DNA from: Folioceros fuciformis
Taxonomy: Eukaryota
NCBI GenBank assembly: GCA_049999805.1
Contig: JBNGIO010006236.1
Location: 264,558-328,100, forward strand
DNA length: 63,543 bases
Reading direction: 5' to 3'
The notes beneath the pieces were generated by a model. The model saw only the letters and a list, made by a program, of their open reading frames with translations, ran no database searches and was not told where the DNA came from. Position 1 is the first letter of the stretch. Each line of letters begins with the position of its first letter. A program made the position numbers and the translations under genes. Shown here in pieces: positions 62,954-63,543 of this stretch.

Positions 62954-63543
62954 GTGCGGGCTCTCCCGAGGCACACAATGTACAGGCACTAAAGAAGAAG
63001 TAGGCACAAGTCATACTGACTGTGTGTCTTACCACCGCTGGTTCACACACACCAGCATGGTTTATTGATTCAGGTGCCTCCGCGCACCTCTGTCACAACA
63101 GAGCTTCCTTTAGTGAGTACAAGCCATATAGGGAAGCACAATTTGTGCTGTTAGGAGATGAACGCACGCTACCTATTGTTGGAGTAGGCAGGGTGATTTT
63201 ACCTCTACATCATGGAGGGAGCCTGGAATTAAATGAAGTTCTTCATGTACCTGCAATCACGTAGAACTTGCTGTCAGTTTGGCAGCTTACTGCAGATAGA
63301 GCACTGCAGGTCTCTTTTCGAGGGGACAAGTGCACAATAGTGAGAAGCATGGATCCAGGTCTTGCAATTGCTGAAGCTTTTCCAGTCAATGACATCTATC
63401 AATTGAGCATTCCCGGTAGCAAGCTACCTACCCTGAACCTTGCTGGACTCGGAGGCAGCCTTTCTTCTCAAGAGGTAGCCACTGTTTGGCACTTACGGTG
63501 TGGTCACCCCCATGGAAAGAAGCTACAGGCTATGGTCAGCAGC

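Larger units (their letters stand above)
60562..63543 (+). mobile_element. Ty1/copia element 3 (5' LTR ~60562-60777, PBS 60778-60789, upstream ORF region, gag, protease); runs off the window
   Basis: CA followed by TGGTATCAGAGC; gag FKEKDRL...YDIWVMRMQGALEEKNLWDIVTG, RLLSSLPPSY, CNWCGIPGHWARDC, protease WFIDSGASAHLC, VWHLRCGH. The LTR start is tentative. Confidence 0.9.

Overview
Eukaryotic nuclear DNA from an early-diverging land plant with flagellated sperm. A hornwort-like genome is inferred from the axonemal dynein, a WW-type PLS PPR protein, compact gene spacing and ~60-220 bp introns. Host genes: the 5' end of a secreted PNGase A (- strand, runs off the left edge, not in the ORF track); an intronless HAS1/DDX18 DEAD-box helicase; an intronless AP-1/AP-2 beta-adaptin; a PLS-E1-E2 PPR protein ending just after a PGxSWW box; a multi-exon xylulose/D-ribulose kinase (XK1-like, one GC-AG intron); a ~17 kb multi-intron DNAH6-like inner-arm dynein heavy chain; and coatomer alpha (3 exons). 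Intergenic DNA holds decayed transposons: a hAT zinc-finger remnant, an L1/Tx1-type LINE, a CACTA remnant, an RLE-type non-LTR element split by nested insertions, a chromoviral Ty3 integrase fragment and three related Ty1/copia elements. The most unusual signal is in the copia elements. The complete one (39631-46346, ~185 bp LTRs) has an extra coiled-coil ORF between PBS and gag, plus an antisense, apparently spliced ORF between pol and the 3' LTR. A second family member also has a coiled-coil ORF upstream of gag. All calls come from reading the sequence; no database searches were run.
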